Origin: an uncultured Gemmatimonadaceae bacterium
GTDB taxonomy: Bacteria > Gemmatimonadota > Gemmatimonadetes > Gemmatimonadales > Gemmatimonadaceae
DNA: 64,000 nt
Direction: 5' to 3'
Assembly: GCA_963829055.1 (NCBI GenBank)
Contig: CAWHHI010000008.1
Location: forward strand, 192,001 to 256,000
A model generated the notes under the pieces. It was not told where the DNA came from, searched no databases, and worked only from the letters and a program-made list of their open reading frames with translations. Of the stretch, positions 1-10,649 are shown one piece after another. Each line of letters begins with the position of its first letter. The stretch's first letter is position 1. The position numbers and the translations under genes are program-made.

Positions 1-1774
1 CATTGGGGACACAAGGCGCTCAACATCGTTTCGTCGTCGTCGCCCACCGGAACGCAGTTCCTGCAGGCCGTCGGCGCGGCCGAAGCGACGCTTCGCGCCA
101 AGCTTCTCGATATCACGACCGGTTTCCAGGACGACGAAGTCGTTTTCGTCTCGACCGGTGACGGCACGACGAGCGAGGGCGAGTTCTGGGAATCGCTGAA
201 CACGGCGTCGAACCTCAAGCTTCCCGTCATCTACCTCGTCGAAGACAACGGCTACGCGATCTCCGTCCCGGTCGAGGTGAACACGGCCGGCGGCTCGATC
301 TCGAAGCTGGTGGCGTCGTTCCCAGACCTGTTCATCCAGGAAGTGGACGGCTGCGACTTCGTCGCGAGCTACGCGGCCATGACGAAGGCAGCGGAGTACA
401 CGCGGGCGAGAAAGGGTCCGGCGCTGGTACACGCGCACGTGATTCGCCCGTACTCGCATTCGCTCTCGGACGACGAGGTGATGTACCGTCCGGCTACCGA
501 GCGCGAGGCCGACGCCGCGCGCGATCCGGTCACGACATTCCCGCAGTGGCTCGTCGCACAGGGGCACGCGACCGATGCAGACATCGCAGCGATCCAGGAA
601 GAGGTCGACGCGCTCGTTCTCGCGGCAACGGACGACGCGCTCGCGCAGCCGCAGCCGGGCGCGGAGACGGTCTACTACGGCGTGTACTCCCCCGACGTCG
701 ATCCGACCAGCGAGCAGTTCGACACCGAGGACGACCCGCAGTTCTCGGGTAACGAGACGACGATGGTCGACCTGCTCAACGCGTGCATGAAGGATGAGAT
801 GCGTCGCGATGAGCGCATCGTCGTGTTCGGCGAGGACGTGGCCGACGTCTCGCGCGAGCAGTACCTCGGCCAGGTGAAGGGCAAGGGTGGCGTGTTCAAG
901 GTGACGTGGGGCCTGCAGAAGGAATTCGGCGGCACGCGCGTCTACAACTCGCCGCTCGCCGAAGCGAACATCATCGGACGCGCGATCGGCCTCGCGCTGC
1001 GCGGCTTCAAGCCGGTCGTCGAGATCCAGTTCTTCGACTACATCTGGCCGGCGTACATGCAGCTGCGCGAACGAGCTCGCGACGATGCGCTGGCGCTCGA
1101 ACAACAACTTCTCCGCGCCTGTCGTCGTCCGGACGACGTACGGCGGCTACATCCGCGGCGCGATCTATCACTCGCAGACCGGCGCGTCGCTGTTCACGCA
1201 CTGCCCCGGGCTGCGCGTCGTTTGCCCGGCAACGGCGCTCGATGCGAACGGGTTGCTGCGCACGGCGATCCGCTGCGACGATCCGGTGATCTTCCTCGAG
1301 CACAAGCATCTCTACCGTCAGACGTACAACAAGGCCGCGTATCCTGGTCCGAACTTCATGATTCCGTTCGGAAAGGCGCAGGACGGTGCGCGAGGGAACG
1401 GACGTCACGGTGGTCACGTACGGCGCGACGGTGCAGCGCGCGTTCGCGGCGGCGAACCAGGTGGCGGAGAACGGACTCTCCGTCGAGGTGATCGACCTGC
1501 GCTCGCTGTCCCCGTGGGACCAGGAGGCCGTGTACGCGTCGGTGAAGAAGACGAATCGCGTCATCGTCGCCTACGAGGATTCGCTGTCGTGGGGCTACGG
1601 CGCGGAGATCGCGGCTCGCGATTGCCGACGACTGCTTCCCATGGCTGGATGCTCCCGTTAGGCGCGTCGGCGTCGACGGATACGTTCGTCGGCTACGCGC
1701 CGCAGCTCGAGGATGCGATCCTGCCGCAGGTCGAGGACTTCAGGAAGGCGTACGAGGAGATCGTGAAGTTTTAA
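1..1774 (+). CDS. 2-oxoacid (probably branched-chain) dehydrogenase E1, fused alpha+beta subunits; 5' end outside window; several frameshifts
   Basis: Frame 1 from base 1 reads [19 protein letters not shown]...[15 protein letters not shown] (ThDP motif). Beta-subunit motifs [24 protein letters not shown] and VEVIDLRSL are spread over ORFs 277, 1085 and 1386; TAA at 1772-1774. Confidence 0.9.
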
Positions 1775-1780
1775 CGACCG

Positions 1781-1818
1781 ACGGCGCTGGTTGGCTCGGG
1801 TGACGCAACCAGCGCCGT
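1781..1818. terminator. 13-bp stem hairpin between convergent genes (REP-like or bidirectional terminator)
   Basis: ACGGCGCTGGTTG (1781-1793) pairs with CAACCAGCGCCGT (1806-1818). Confidence 0.6.
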
Positions 1819-1829
1819 GCGAACACGAC

Positions 1830-2545
1830 TCAGGGCTTCTTGAAGAGGCCTTTGAGTCCCTTCTTCACCGCCGAGCCCTTGTCGTCCTTCGTCCTTCGTG
1901 CTCGCGTTCTCGAGTGAGTCGGTGAGGCCGGTGTTCTTCCCTGCCTTGTTCGCGCTGTCGGCGGCCACCTGAGTGGCTTCCAGCCCGGCCGTCATGTCCG
2001 TCACGGCGTAGTCGCGCGGATACGTGAACAGGCCGGCATCGATCGGGCCTTTCTTGATGTCCGACACCGACGTGACGAGCGTGTCGTACGTCGTCGCCTT
2101 CTTGTCATCCGTCTGCTGCATGTACGTCGTGGCTTTCAGCACGACGCCACGGCCGGGCCCTTTCACGTAGTCGTCCAGCGTGGCCATGAGCTCCGGGTTG
2201 GTGGTACGAAGGCCGCCGGCGAAGCTCGTCACCCAGACGCGAATGGCGGCGTCGTCCGGCGCCAGGTCTGGCGAGACGAACGCATCCATGGTGCTCGTCG
2301 AGGTTGTCTTGGTGCGTGAGATGAGCACGCGCATCTCGATCGTCTGCCCGGACGTGATGCGAACGTGCCGCGTCTTGAAGCCCTGGATGGTCTCGCCTGC
2401 GCCAAGATCCTGAAAGTCGAACGTCTCGTTAAAGTCGAACGTCTCGTTCGACGTCTTCATCTTGATGAGCGGATTGTTCGTGAGCGCGCCGAGCGTGCCG
2501 CCTCACGCGCCAGCCGGCATGATCATGACCTGCTTCCGCTCCCGA
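1830..2545 (-). pseudogene. DUF4412-like exported protein remnant (5' truncated, in-frame TGA, two tandem duplications)
   Basis: Reads ERKQVMIMPAGA*GGTLGALTNNPLIKMKTSNETFDF... and includes ETIQGFKTRHVRIT and IDAGLFTYPRDY. 18-bp duplication at 2413-2448; a 7-bp duplication at 1884-1897 shifts the natural end KKGLKGLFKKP*. Confidence 0.55.
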
Positions 2546-3136
2546 TCTCGCAATCACTACCACCCGTCGTGGTGTAGATCACGTGTCACAGGTGCTGTAG
2601 CGCACTTGCGACGGGGCCAGTATAAACCGCTGCGGTTATGCCACAGTTAGAAGCGTCTCATCTCCGGCCGACAACACTTACAAGTATTTGGTTCCCAACC
2701 AAATTGAGGTGGCCGGATCCGATTCTGACGGCGCGCTGACGCTGACAGACGGACCGTTGACTGGCCCGTTCACGCTCACCCCCGCGGCGCGTTGATACCA
2801 CTCCGGTGCGCATGCGCCCACGCCCGGGCAGGCGCCGACGGGAAGAAATCTGCGAGAGCCGGCGGGACAACGGCCGGTTGCCTAACGCGGCGTCGGCGGG
2901 ACGAGTGTACACAACGACACGGAGTAGGCGGCCGAGCGGCTGCGCACTCGCCGACAGCCATCGCGCCAGACGCCTTGGGCGTGGTCGGGGTGCCGCGTTC
3001 AGTTAGGCGGCCACGAGCTCACATCGCTCAGGCGGGGCGGGCGTGATAATCGCTCTAACCCGCGCCACGGGGTCGGTCGAATGTGCTCTAGCGCACAAGC
3101 GTCTCTTCGGCTAACCTAACCGCTCTGCGTCGTCCA

Positions 3137-6100
3137 TTGGAAAGCACCCACTTCCGGCCCCACCACAAGAGCGTGCTTCACCTTCGGCTACTCGGCGGCG
3201 CAGCGGTCCTGTCATCCGATGGCGCCCTCACCGGGGCGGCAGGACGACGACGCGCACTCGCGTTGTTGGCGCTCGTGGCTTCGGCGCGGGACGACGGCCT
3301 GGCGCGGGATCGCGCGCTGGCGCTGCTGTGGCCCGAGCTCGATTTCGACCGCGCCCGCAACAATCTGAAGCAGCTGGTCTTCTCGCTCCGACGAGCGCTC
3401 TCGCCCGACGTGTTCGCTGCCACGGGGGCCTCGCTGCGACTCGACCCAAACGTCATCACCGTCGACGTTTGGGCCTACGAGAAGTCCATCGCCGATGGCG
3501 CGCTCGAAAGTGCCGTGGCGCGGTACGGCGGACCGTTCCTCGACGGCTTCAGCGTTCCCGGTCTCCCCGAGTTCGAACGGTGGGTCGAGACGGAGCGCGA
3601 GCGACTGTCGCGCGTTCATGCCGAGACGCTCGACACCCTGGCCGAGCGCGCTCGTCGTGCCGGGCAGTTCGAGATCGCGGCGGCGTGGCGACGCCACCTC
3701 GCCGCGCTCGACCCTCTCAGCGCGCGATACGCGGTGTCCTTCGTGCGCTCGCTATCGGACGCCGGTGACGTGCCCGGGGCGCTGCGGCATGCGCTCCTGT
3801 TCGAGCGCCTCGTGCGAAGTGAGCTCGATGCGGACGTTGGACCCGATATGCGCCTCCTGGTGGCGCAACTCCGCCTCCGATCCGAGACGCTCACAGGAAC
3901 GCGCCATCACCAGCGCCGAAGTAGCGATCCTGACCGCCGAGTCGCGCGCGGCCGCCGCCGCTGCCGTCAGTGCTGACGCGCAGGAGACGTCCCCTCCCGA
4001 GCAAGAACATCAAGAAAAACAGCGTTCGCGGTGGCGTTCGGCGATGGGGCGGGCGGTTCCGCGAATCAGTCCGCGACGTGTAGCCATCGGCGGACTGTCG
4101 ATCGCCGTCATTCTTCTCGGGCTGATGAGCCGATCGCGACTCTTCGCTCCGACTGCCGCGATGGGCGAAGTGCCCTCTGATGTGCCGGCGACGGTGGCAG
4201 TGTTCGCGTTCGATGGACGCACCAGCGCGTTGACCGGCGAACTGTCGCGCGCGACCGCCGAGCTGCTCACCGCTTCGCTCGACGGCGGCACGGGCCTAAC
4301 GGCGATCACCGCCCCAGTCGACGCGCAGCCGGACGTGCGGAAGATGTCGGCGGATTCCTCCGTCATCGATCCGGCGAGCGCCGCCCGCACGGCGGGACGC
4401 CTCGGTGCGAGACTGTTCGTGCTCGGTCGTATCGTGGAGGTCGGCGGCCGCCTGCGCGTCACCGCGACGATGCACGACCGGGCGAGGACCGATCCGCCCC
4501 TTGCCCGCGCATCCGCGGAAGGCTCCGCGAACGAAATCTTCGAAGTCGTCGATCACGTCGCGTCGCAGCTGCTCGCGGGTCGGTTCCCCGGAACGAGGGG
4601 AGCACTCGCACGAGTAGCCGCGACGACCTCGGCCTCTCTGCCTGCTGCCAAGGCGTACTTCGCGGCGGAGCAACAGATGGGCAATGGCCGCTTTTCCGCG
4701 GCGCTCGATGCGCTTCGGGATGCCGTGCGCCTCGACAGTGGTTTCGCGGTCGCGTACTACCGCATGAGCCACGCGGCCGAGTTGATCGGTAACGACGCGG
4801 AGACGCGATGGGCTGCCGACGCGGCGGTGCGTTCCGCCTCGAGACTCGACGACCACTATCGTCGCGTACTCGTCGCGGCTGCTGCCCGTGACGAAGGCGA
4901 CATCACGACAGCCGAACGCGCGTATTCGCGCCTCACGCTGGACTATCCCAACGACGCCGATGCGTGGTTCGGCCTCGGCGAGGCGCTGTTTCATCTGAAC
5001 CAGCTTCGCGGCCGCTCGCCGGTCGAAGCGCGCGACGCGTTCGTACACGTCGTGGAGCTCGATGGACGTCACGTCGAGGCGCTCGTGCATCTGGCGCGCA
5101 TCGACGCCATTCGCGGCGATTCCGCCAGCGTCGATGGATGGCTGTCTCGCGCGCGGCAATACGCCTCCGACGAACTGGTCGGCCGAGTCGCGTTGCATGT
5201 CCGAGCCCTGAGCGGCGTGGACCGGCAGCGCCTCCAGCGCGCCAGCATGCTTCGCGGGGGAGCGGGCGCGCGCCAGTTGCTCGTTGGCGCGGACCCGGGT
5301 GATGTCGAGCAGTTCGCCGCACAGTTCCTCACCGCCGACATACCGGGCGACCTCGCCGCGTACGGTCACCGACTCTCGGCCTATGCGAGCGCCGCTCAGG
5401 GAAAGTTCCGTATCGCGCTCCGGCATCTCAATGAAGTGCAGGAGTCCGACGTCGATTCCGACATCGAGGTTCGGTCCCTGATCGTCGCCACTCCAGGCGC
5501 ACCGTTCGATTCCGCGACGATTGCCCAGACGCGGATGGCGGTGGAGCGTTGGCAGCCGTCAGATCTTCGCGATCCCGATCAGTCGCTCGATGCGATCGCG
5601 GCGAGTCGCGGTCATACGTTGCTTCGGCTCCATCGGGCGGGCCTCATCGCGCTTCGAATGGGTGACACGGCCGCCGCAGCGACTGCGGCTGCACGACTGG
5701 CGCGTATCTCCGAACCCGACTCGGAAATGACGCCGACCGCAACCGCTCTCGCGCTCAGTCTCAGGGCCCGCCTTGCGGCAGCTGCGGGAGATTCCGCGCG
5801 GGCACTCGCGCTGCTCGATCAGGTGCAATGGGCGCGCGTCGGACGCGCGGCGGCAACCGAGCCGCTCGATCGACTGCTGCGGGCGGATCTGCTGGCGGCC
5901 ACGGGGCGCTATCCCGAAGCCCTTCGCTGGTACGCGACGTTGGGCCTCGGCTGCCCGCAGGAGTTGCCGCTGGTCGGGTTCGCGGCCCTCGGGATGGCGC
6001 GAACGAGCGAGCGTATGGGCGATCGGGCGGGAGCGGCAAAGCAGTACCGACGCGTCGCCGACTTGTGGCGCGACGCCGACCCCGCATTGCAGGCGATCGC

Positions 6101-6149
6101 CGCCGCGGCGACGCAGCGCATCACGGCCCTCGATACCGCCGCTCGTTAG
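3137..6149 (+). CDS. SARP/BTAD-domain transcriptional regulator fused to a transmembrane helix and TPR-rich region (frameshift near 3900)
   Basis: N-terminus LRLLGG...LLWPE...ARNNLKQLVFSLRRAL...YGGPFLDGF...FERWVETERERL (BTAD). ORF 3495 supplies the TM segment VAIGGLSIAVILLGL, VAVFAF and TPR repeats. Confidence 0.8.
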
Positions 6150-6188
6150 GTCGGCGGCGGTTGCATCGATCCTCTCCAGCCCTCCGAG

Positions 6189-7893
6189 CTACTCGGGGGG
6201 CTTTCGTTCGTAGACGACCCGCCCGCCTACCGCGGTGAGCGCCACGTGGGCGTCGCGGATCTGCTCGGGCGCAATGCGCGTGAGATCACGGTCGATGATC
6301 GCGAAATCCGCCAGCGCTCCGACAGCTGAGAATTCCCTTCTCTTTCTCATCGAACGAGGCATAGGCTCCGCCGTGCGTGTAGGCGCGCAGCGCGTCCTCG
6401 ACCGAGATCTTCTGCTCGGGAACCCAGCCGTTCGGATTCCGGTCGTCGAGCGTGCGCCGCGTGACCGCCGCGTAGATGCCTTCAAGCGGCGTCGGTGGCG
6501 CGACGAACCAGTCGCTCCCGAATGCGAGCGTCGCGCCGGCATCGCGGAGCGACCGGAAGGCATATGTCGTTTTCGCTCGCTCGGCGCCGATGACCTTTTC
6601 CGCCCACCGGCCATCATCGATGGCGTGATACGGCTGCATGCTCGCGACGACGCCGAGCGCCGCGAAGCGCGGGATGTCGGCCGGCGCGATGTGTTGCGCA
6701 TGCTCGATGCGAAACCGCCGATCACGCGGGCCGTTTTCCTTCTCGACCCGTTCGTAGATGTCGAGTTGTTGCCGGATTGCCCGGTCGCCGATCGCGTGGA
6801 CGATGACGTGCAGCCCCGCCTTGTCGGCGCCGGAGACCCACCGATACAAGTCGTCGGGGGTGTTCACGAACAGGCCGGTATCCGATGGCGCGTCGGTGAA
6901 CGGCTCGAGCATCGCGGCGGTATGCGAACCTAACGACCCATCGACGAACCCTTTGAGCGCTCCGATTCTGAACCAGGCGTCACCACGGCCGCGCGCAGCG
7001 ACCGTATCGCGCAGCTGCTCCCACGTCGACAGCGGTACGGCAGCATAGATCCGCGTCCGGAGCCGATCGGCTTTGCGCGCGCGTTCGAAAACCGCGACGT
7101 CGTTCCACGAGCCCATATTGTGGATGGACGTCACGCCCTGTGCAGCCACATACGCCATTGCCGCATCCAGCGCGCGATCCTCGAGCTCCGGAGGCGGGTT
7201 CGGCGCGACGGCATTCACGACATCCATCGCGTTGTCCTTCAAGACACCAGTCGGCTCGCCAGAAGCGTTGCGAACGATCGTCCCGCCAGCTACGTCGCGC
7301 GACGCGCGGGTCACCTTCGCCGCCGCGAGCGTCGCGGAATTCGCGAGCGCCATGTGCCCGTCGAGCCGAGACACCCAGACCGGGTTGTTCGGCGTGACCG
7401 AATCGATCCACTCGCGACGCGGGAGCTCGCCTCCCCAATGCTCGTGATCCCAATCGCCACCGGTGATCCATGCCCCAGCCGGGATCGTCGCGGCGAACGC
7501 CTTGATGCGCGCGATGAACTCAGCAGGTGTCTTCGCGTCGCGAAGCTGCACCGAAGAGAGGCGGAAGCCGCCATCGACAAAATGCACGTGCGCATCGACG
7601 AATCCGGGCACGACCATTTTCCCGCCGGCGTCGATCACGCGGGCGTTGCCCGTGACTTTGCGGACCGCCGCGCTCGACCCGACCATGGCGATACGCTCGC
7701 CGCGCACCGCGAGCGCCTCGGCCCATGGACGAGTCGAGTCTCCGGTCCAAACGCGCGCGTTGACGACGGCGAGCGTCATGGGACCTCCCGAGGCGGCACC
7801 GGTGTCTCCGGCGGCGGCATTCCTGTCGCTCATCTGACAGCTAGCGGAAAGGCTGCCGACCAACAGCGCGGAGACGAGCGGTCCGAGACGCAT
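6189..7893 (-). CDS. Amidohydrolase 3 family (YtcJ-like) lipoprotein; frameshift near 6330
   Basis: PGFVDAHVH, KGFVDGSLGS, HAIGDRA, RIEHAQ and FGSDW motifs; C-terminus LADFAIIDRD...TAVGGRVVY lies in ORF 6189. Confidence 0.9.
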
Positions 7894-7896
7894 GCG

Positions 7897-8076
7897 TCAC
7901 CGCCGCTCGACGGCGTCGCGTACGTCGAGCAGGATCTCGAAATAGAGCTGTTCGCGGCGGTAGGCGAAGTCGAGCGTGGCCATCTGGGCAGCGTCGCCAG
8001 TTTCCTTGGCGCGCTCGAAGGCCTCGCGGTACATCTCATCAAGGTTGGCGAGAATGCGATCTCGGGAGCGTGACAT
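7897..8076 (-). CDS. Small helical hypothetical protein (start could extend to 8214)
   Basis: MSRSRDRILANLDEMYREAF...YFEILLDVRDAVERR; typical codon usage; directly upstream of the amidohydrolase. Confidence 0.6.
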   Translation of the reverse strand: MSRSRDRILANLDEMYREAFERAKETGDAAQMATLDFAYRREQLYFEILLDVRDAVERR

Positions 8077-8213
8077 TCGGGTATTGTCGATGGCTTTGGA
8101 AGTGAGACGCGGCGGCTCGTCGACTGGCTCATCGCGCTCGCGATCGAGCGAGTCGAGGAGGTACCGGCGAGCGGCCCCCATCATCATACGGCGCGAGTTG
8201 AGAGGGTCGGTCA

Positions 8214-8513
8214 TTGAACCGTGAAGAAGTCTTCGCGCGCGACGGTCACCGGTGCGTGTACTGCGGCGAGGTCTTTCTCGACGACGAGCTGACGATCGAT
8301 CACGTGCAGCCGCGTGTCAGAGGCGGGGACCGGTCGGGTGGCAACTTAGTTACGGCCTGCAGGGGCTGCAACGTTCTAAAGGGCCATCGGCGCCTGGCCG
8401 AGTTCCTTCGGACAACGCCGTCGGCGTACGAGAACTTCCGGCGGTATGCCAAGCATCTCTGGCCCCGACATTGGCGGGTTCTCGAGGAAGAAATGGGACC
8501 AGACAACGGATAG
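8214..8513 (+). CDS. Stand-alone HNH endonuclease (McrA-like)
   Basis: RDGHRCVYCG...LTIDHVQPRVRGG...NLVTACRGCNVLKG. Confidence 0.9.
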   Translation: MNREEVFARDGHRCVYCGEVFLDDELTIDHVQPRVRGGDRSGGNLVTACRGCNVLKGHRRLAEFLRTTPSAYENFRRYAKHLWPRHWRVLEEEMGPDNG

Positions 8514-8627
8514 CTGGTTGCTGGGTGGTCGTGCTGGTTGCTGGGTGACGCTGAGTGACCTGCTGAACGCCCAGCTCGCAACCGAGCGTCACGCCAGCAA
8601 CCAGCACCCACACCCAGCAACAAGCGC
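8513..8627. repeat. Imperfect inverted cluster of GCTGGTTGCTGGGTG / CCAGCAACCAGCAC repeats
   Basis: Two GCTGGTTGCTGGGTG copies (8513, 8533) followed by complementary CCAGCAACCAGCACCCACACCCAGCAAC. Confidence 0.6.
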
Positions 8628-8663
8628 CGTTGGAACCCGTGCTGTCTGTCGGGTATTATTTCG

Positions 8664-8782
8664 TCAGCAAAGGGGAGTAGCCACGCGAGCCTCGGCTCGC
8701 GCCTTCGAGTCGTCAGGACTGCGCCGCAAAGCGGCGCACGGTTCGATGGGGTCGCACAGTGACTAGGCGAGACCTTCGTGAA
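8664..8782 (+). ncRNA. yybP-ykoY (Mn2+-sensing class) riboswitch aptamer
   Basis: Hallmark elements AAAGGGGAGTAGC (8669-8681), GTCGTCA (8709-8715) and GGCGAGACCTT (8766-8776), with intervening hairpins, in the 5' leader of htpX; TATTAT -10-like box at 8654-8659. Confidence 0.85.
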
Positions 8783-8859
8783 CGCCGGGCAACGACTGCC
8801 TGGCACGCGAAGGGGCTCGCCTTTCGCGTACTCGGGACCCACGTGCGATGGAGAGCGGT

Positions 8860-9690
8860 ATGAACAACCTCAAGGTCTTCGTTCTGATGGCGGGGCTCAC
8901 CTCGCTGTTCGTGGCCATCGGCGGGTATTTCGGTGGCCAGGGCGGGATGATCATGGCGTTCCTCTTCGCCGGCCTCATGAACTTCGTGATGTACTTCGCG
9001 TCATCGAAAATGGTGCTGCGGATGTACGGCGCGCGCGTCGTCACCGAGCGTGAGGCGCCGGACCTGTACGCCATGGTCGATCGTCTACGCCAGCGGGCTG
9101 GACTGCCAATGCCGACGCTGGCGATCGCGCCGCACGCGCAGCCGAACGCGTTCGCGACGGGACGCAATCCGCAGAATGCGGTCGTGGCGGTGACCGAAGG
9201 CATTCTGCAGCTCGTCTCTCGGGAGGAGCTCGAGGGAGTGCTCGCGCACGAGCTCGCGCACATCAAGAATCACGACATGCTCCTGCAGACGTTCACGGCG
9301 ACGCTGGCGGGCGCGATCAGCAACCTGGCGCAGTTCGGCTTGTTCTTCGGTGGGCGCGATGACGAGGACTCGAGTCCGGTCGCGGGAATCGCGATGGCGA
9401 TCCTCGCGCCGATCGCGGCGATGCTGATTCAGTTCGCGATCAGCCGTCAGCGGGAGTTCAAGGCGGATGCGGTTGGAGCCGCGATCAGCGGCCGTCCGCG
9501 GTCGCTCGCGAACGCGCTTCGCAAGCTCGAGGTGGGTGCGCACCGGATCCCGATGCACGTGGCGCCCGCCGTGGCGCCGCTGGCTCAGGTGAATCCGCTT
9601 GCCGCGTACGGCGGTGGACTCATGACGTTGTTCTCGACGCACCCGCCGACGGCGGAACGCGTGGCGCGGCTCGAGGCGCTGGCGGCGTAG
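8860..9690 (+). CDS. htpX: Zinc metalloprotease HtpX (M48)
   Basis: PNAFATGRNP, HELAH, SRQREFKAD and LFSTHPP motifs. Confidence 0.95.
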   Translation: MNNLKVFVLMAGLTSLFVAIGGYFGGQGGMIMAFLFAGLMNFVMYFASSKMVLRMYGARVVTEREAPDLYAMVDRLRQRAGLPMPTLAIAPHAQPNAFATGRNPQNAVVAVTEGILQLVSREELEGVLAHELAHIKNHDMLLQTFTATLAGAISNLAQFGLFFGGRDDEDSSPVAGIAMAILAPIAAMLIQFAISRQREFKADAVGAAISGRPRSLANALRKLEVGAHRIPMHVAPAVAPLAQVNPLAAYGGGLMTLFSTHPPTAERVARLEALAA

Positions 9691-9696
9691 CCGAGC

Positions 9697-10059
9697 CTAA
9701 CGCTCGTCCGCGCGGGGCGTGGTGGAGAGGCGGTGAAACACCGCCTCCTCCACCACGCGACCGTGCCGCAAGTGCTCGACGACGATTCGTTCCAGCAACG
9801 CCGGCGTGACGCCCGCGTACCAGACGCCATCGGGGTAGACGACGACGATGGGGCCGCCGACGCACACGCCAAGGCAGGGCGTTTCACCACGCTTGACCCG
9901 TGTTGGGCCGAACAGCAGATCTTCGCGCTCGAGCAACTTCGCCAGCAGACTATAGAGCTGCCGGCCGCGTCGATCCGGAGAACAGAACCCCCCCGTACAC
10001 ACCAGGACGTGGCGCTGATACGGCTCCATGCGCGGCTGGCCGACATCGAAGCCGGTCAC
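9697..10059 (-). CDS. Thioredoxin-like [2Fe-2S] ferredoxin
   Basis: HVLVCTGGFC...CLGVCVGGPIVVVYPDGVWY...IVVEHL. Confidence 0.9.
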   Translation of the reverse strand: MTGFDVGQPRMEPYQRHVLVCTGGFCSPDRRGRQLYSLLAKLLEREDLLFGPTRVKRGETPCLGVCVGGPIVVVYPDGVWYAGVTPALLERIVVEHLRHGRVVEEAVFHRLSTTPRADER

Positions 10060-10232
10060 TCAGACGTCCTCGTGCACGGCGCTCCGAATTCGACCGAGCC
10101 CCGCGCAGGCACATTGCGCCGAGCGGCGCAGAGGCATCCGTCGTGTCTGTACTTGCCCATGCGCGATAAAGCTAGCAACCAACGCCCTGTGGGGTGGAGC
10201 GCGCCCGATAGGCCCGCTATCATTTACCCGTC

Positions 10233-10565
10233 ATGGCAACGCCCGAGGAGTTTTTCGCGATCGAACTTCGTGTCGGGACCGTGACGCGGGCGGACCCGTT
10301 TCCGGAAGCACGGAAGCCGTCCATTCGGCTATGGATCGATTTCGGGTCGGAGTTGGGCGAGCGTCAATCGAGCGCGCAACTCACGCATCACTATACGCCG
10401 GAGTCACTGGTGGGCCGGCAAGTCGTCGCGGCCGTCAACCTGGGTGACCGGCGCATTGCGGGATTCGTGAGTCAGGTGCTCGTGCTCGGCGCGATGCCCA
10501 CGCCACACGAGGTCGTGCTGCTCGAGGTGGAGCGCCCGGTCGAGAACGGGACGCGGATCGGATGA
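10233..10565 (+). CDS. csaA: tRNA-binding protein / secretion chaperone CsaA
   Basis: LRVGTV...FPEARKPS...SSAQLTHHY...VNLG...IAGFVSQVLVLG. Confidence 0.9.
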   Translation: MATPEEFFAIELRVGTVTRADPFPEARKPSIRLWIDFGSELGERQSSAQLTHHYTPESLVGRQVVAAVNLGDRRIAGFVSQVLVLGAMPTPHEVVLLEVERPVENGTRIG

Positions 10566-10649
10566 GGGTCACCCGGTCGCATGAACGTTAGGCGCGCGGG
10601 GCGTCGGCTCCGTGCAGCGGATCGCATTCACATCGTCACGAGGAGCGAC

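Noticed and set aside
2503..2505. In-frame TGA as selenocysteine or stop-codon recoding
   Set aside because: Not at a Cys-type catalytic position, no SECIS-like hairpin recognised, the gene has other lesions, and TGA is the normal stop elsewhere in the window.
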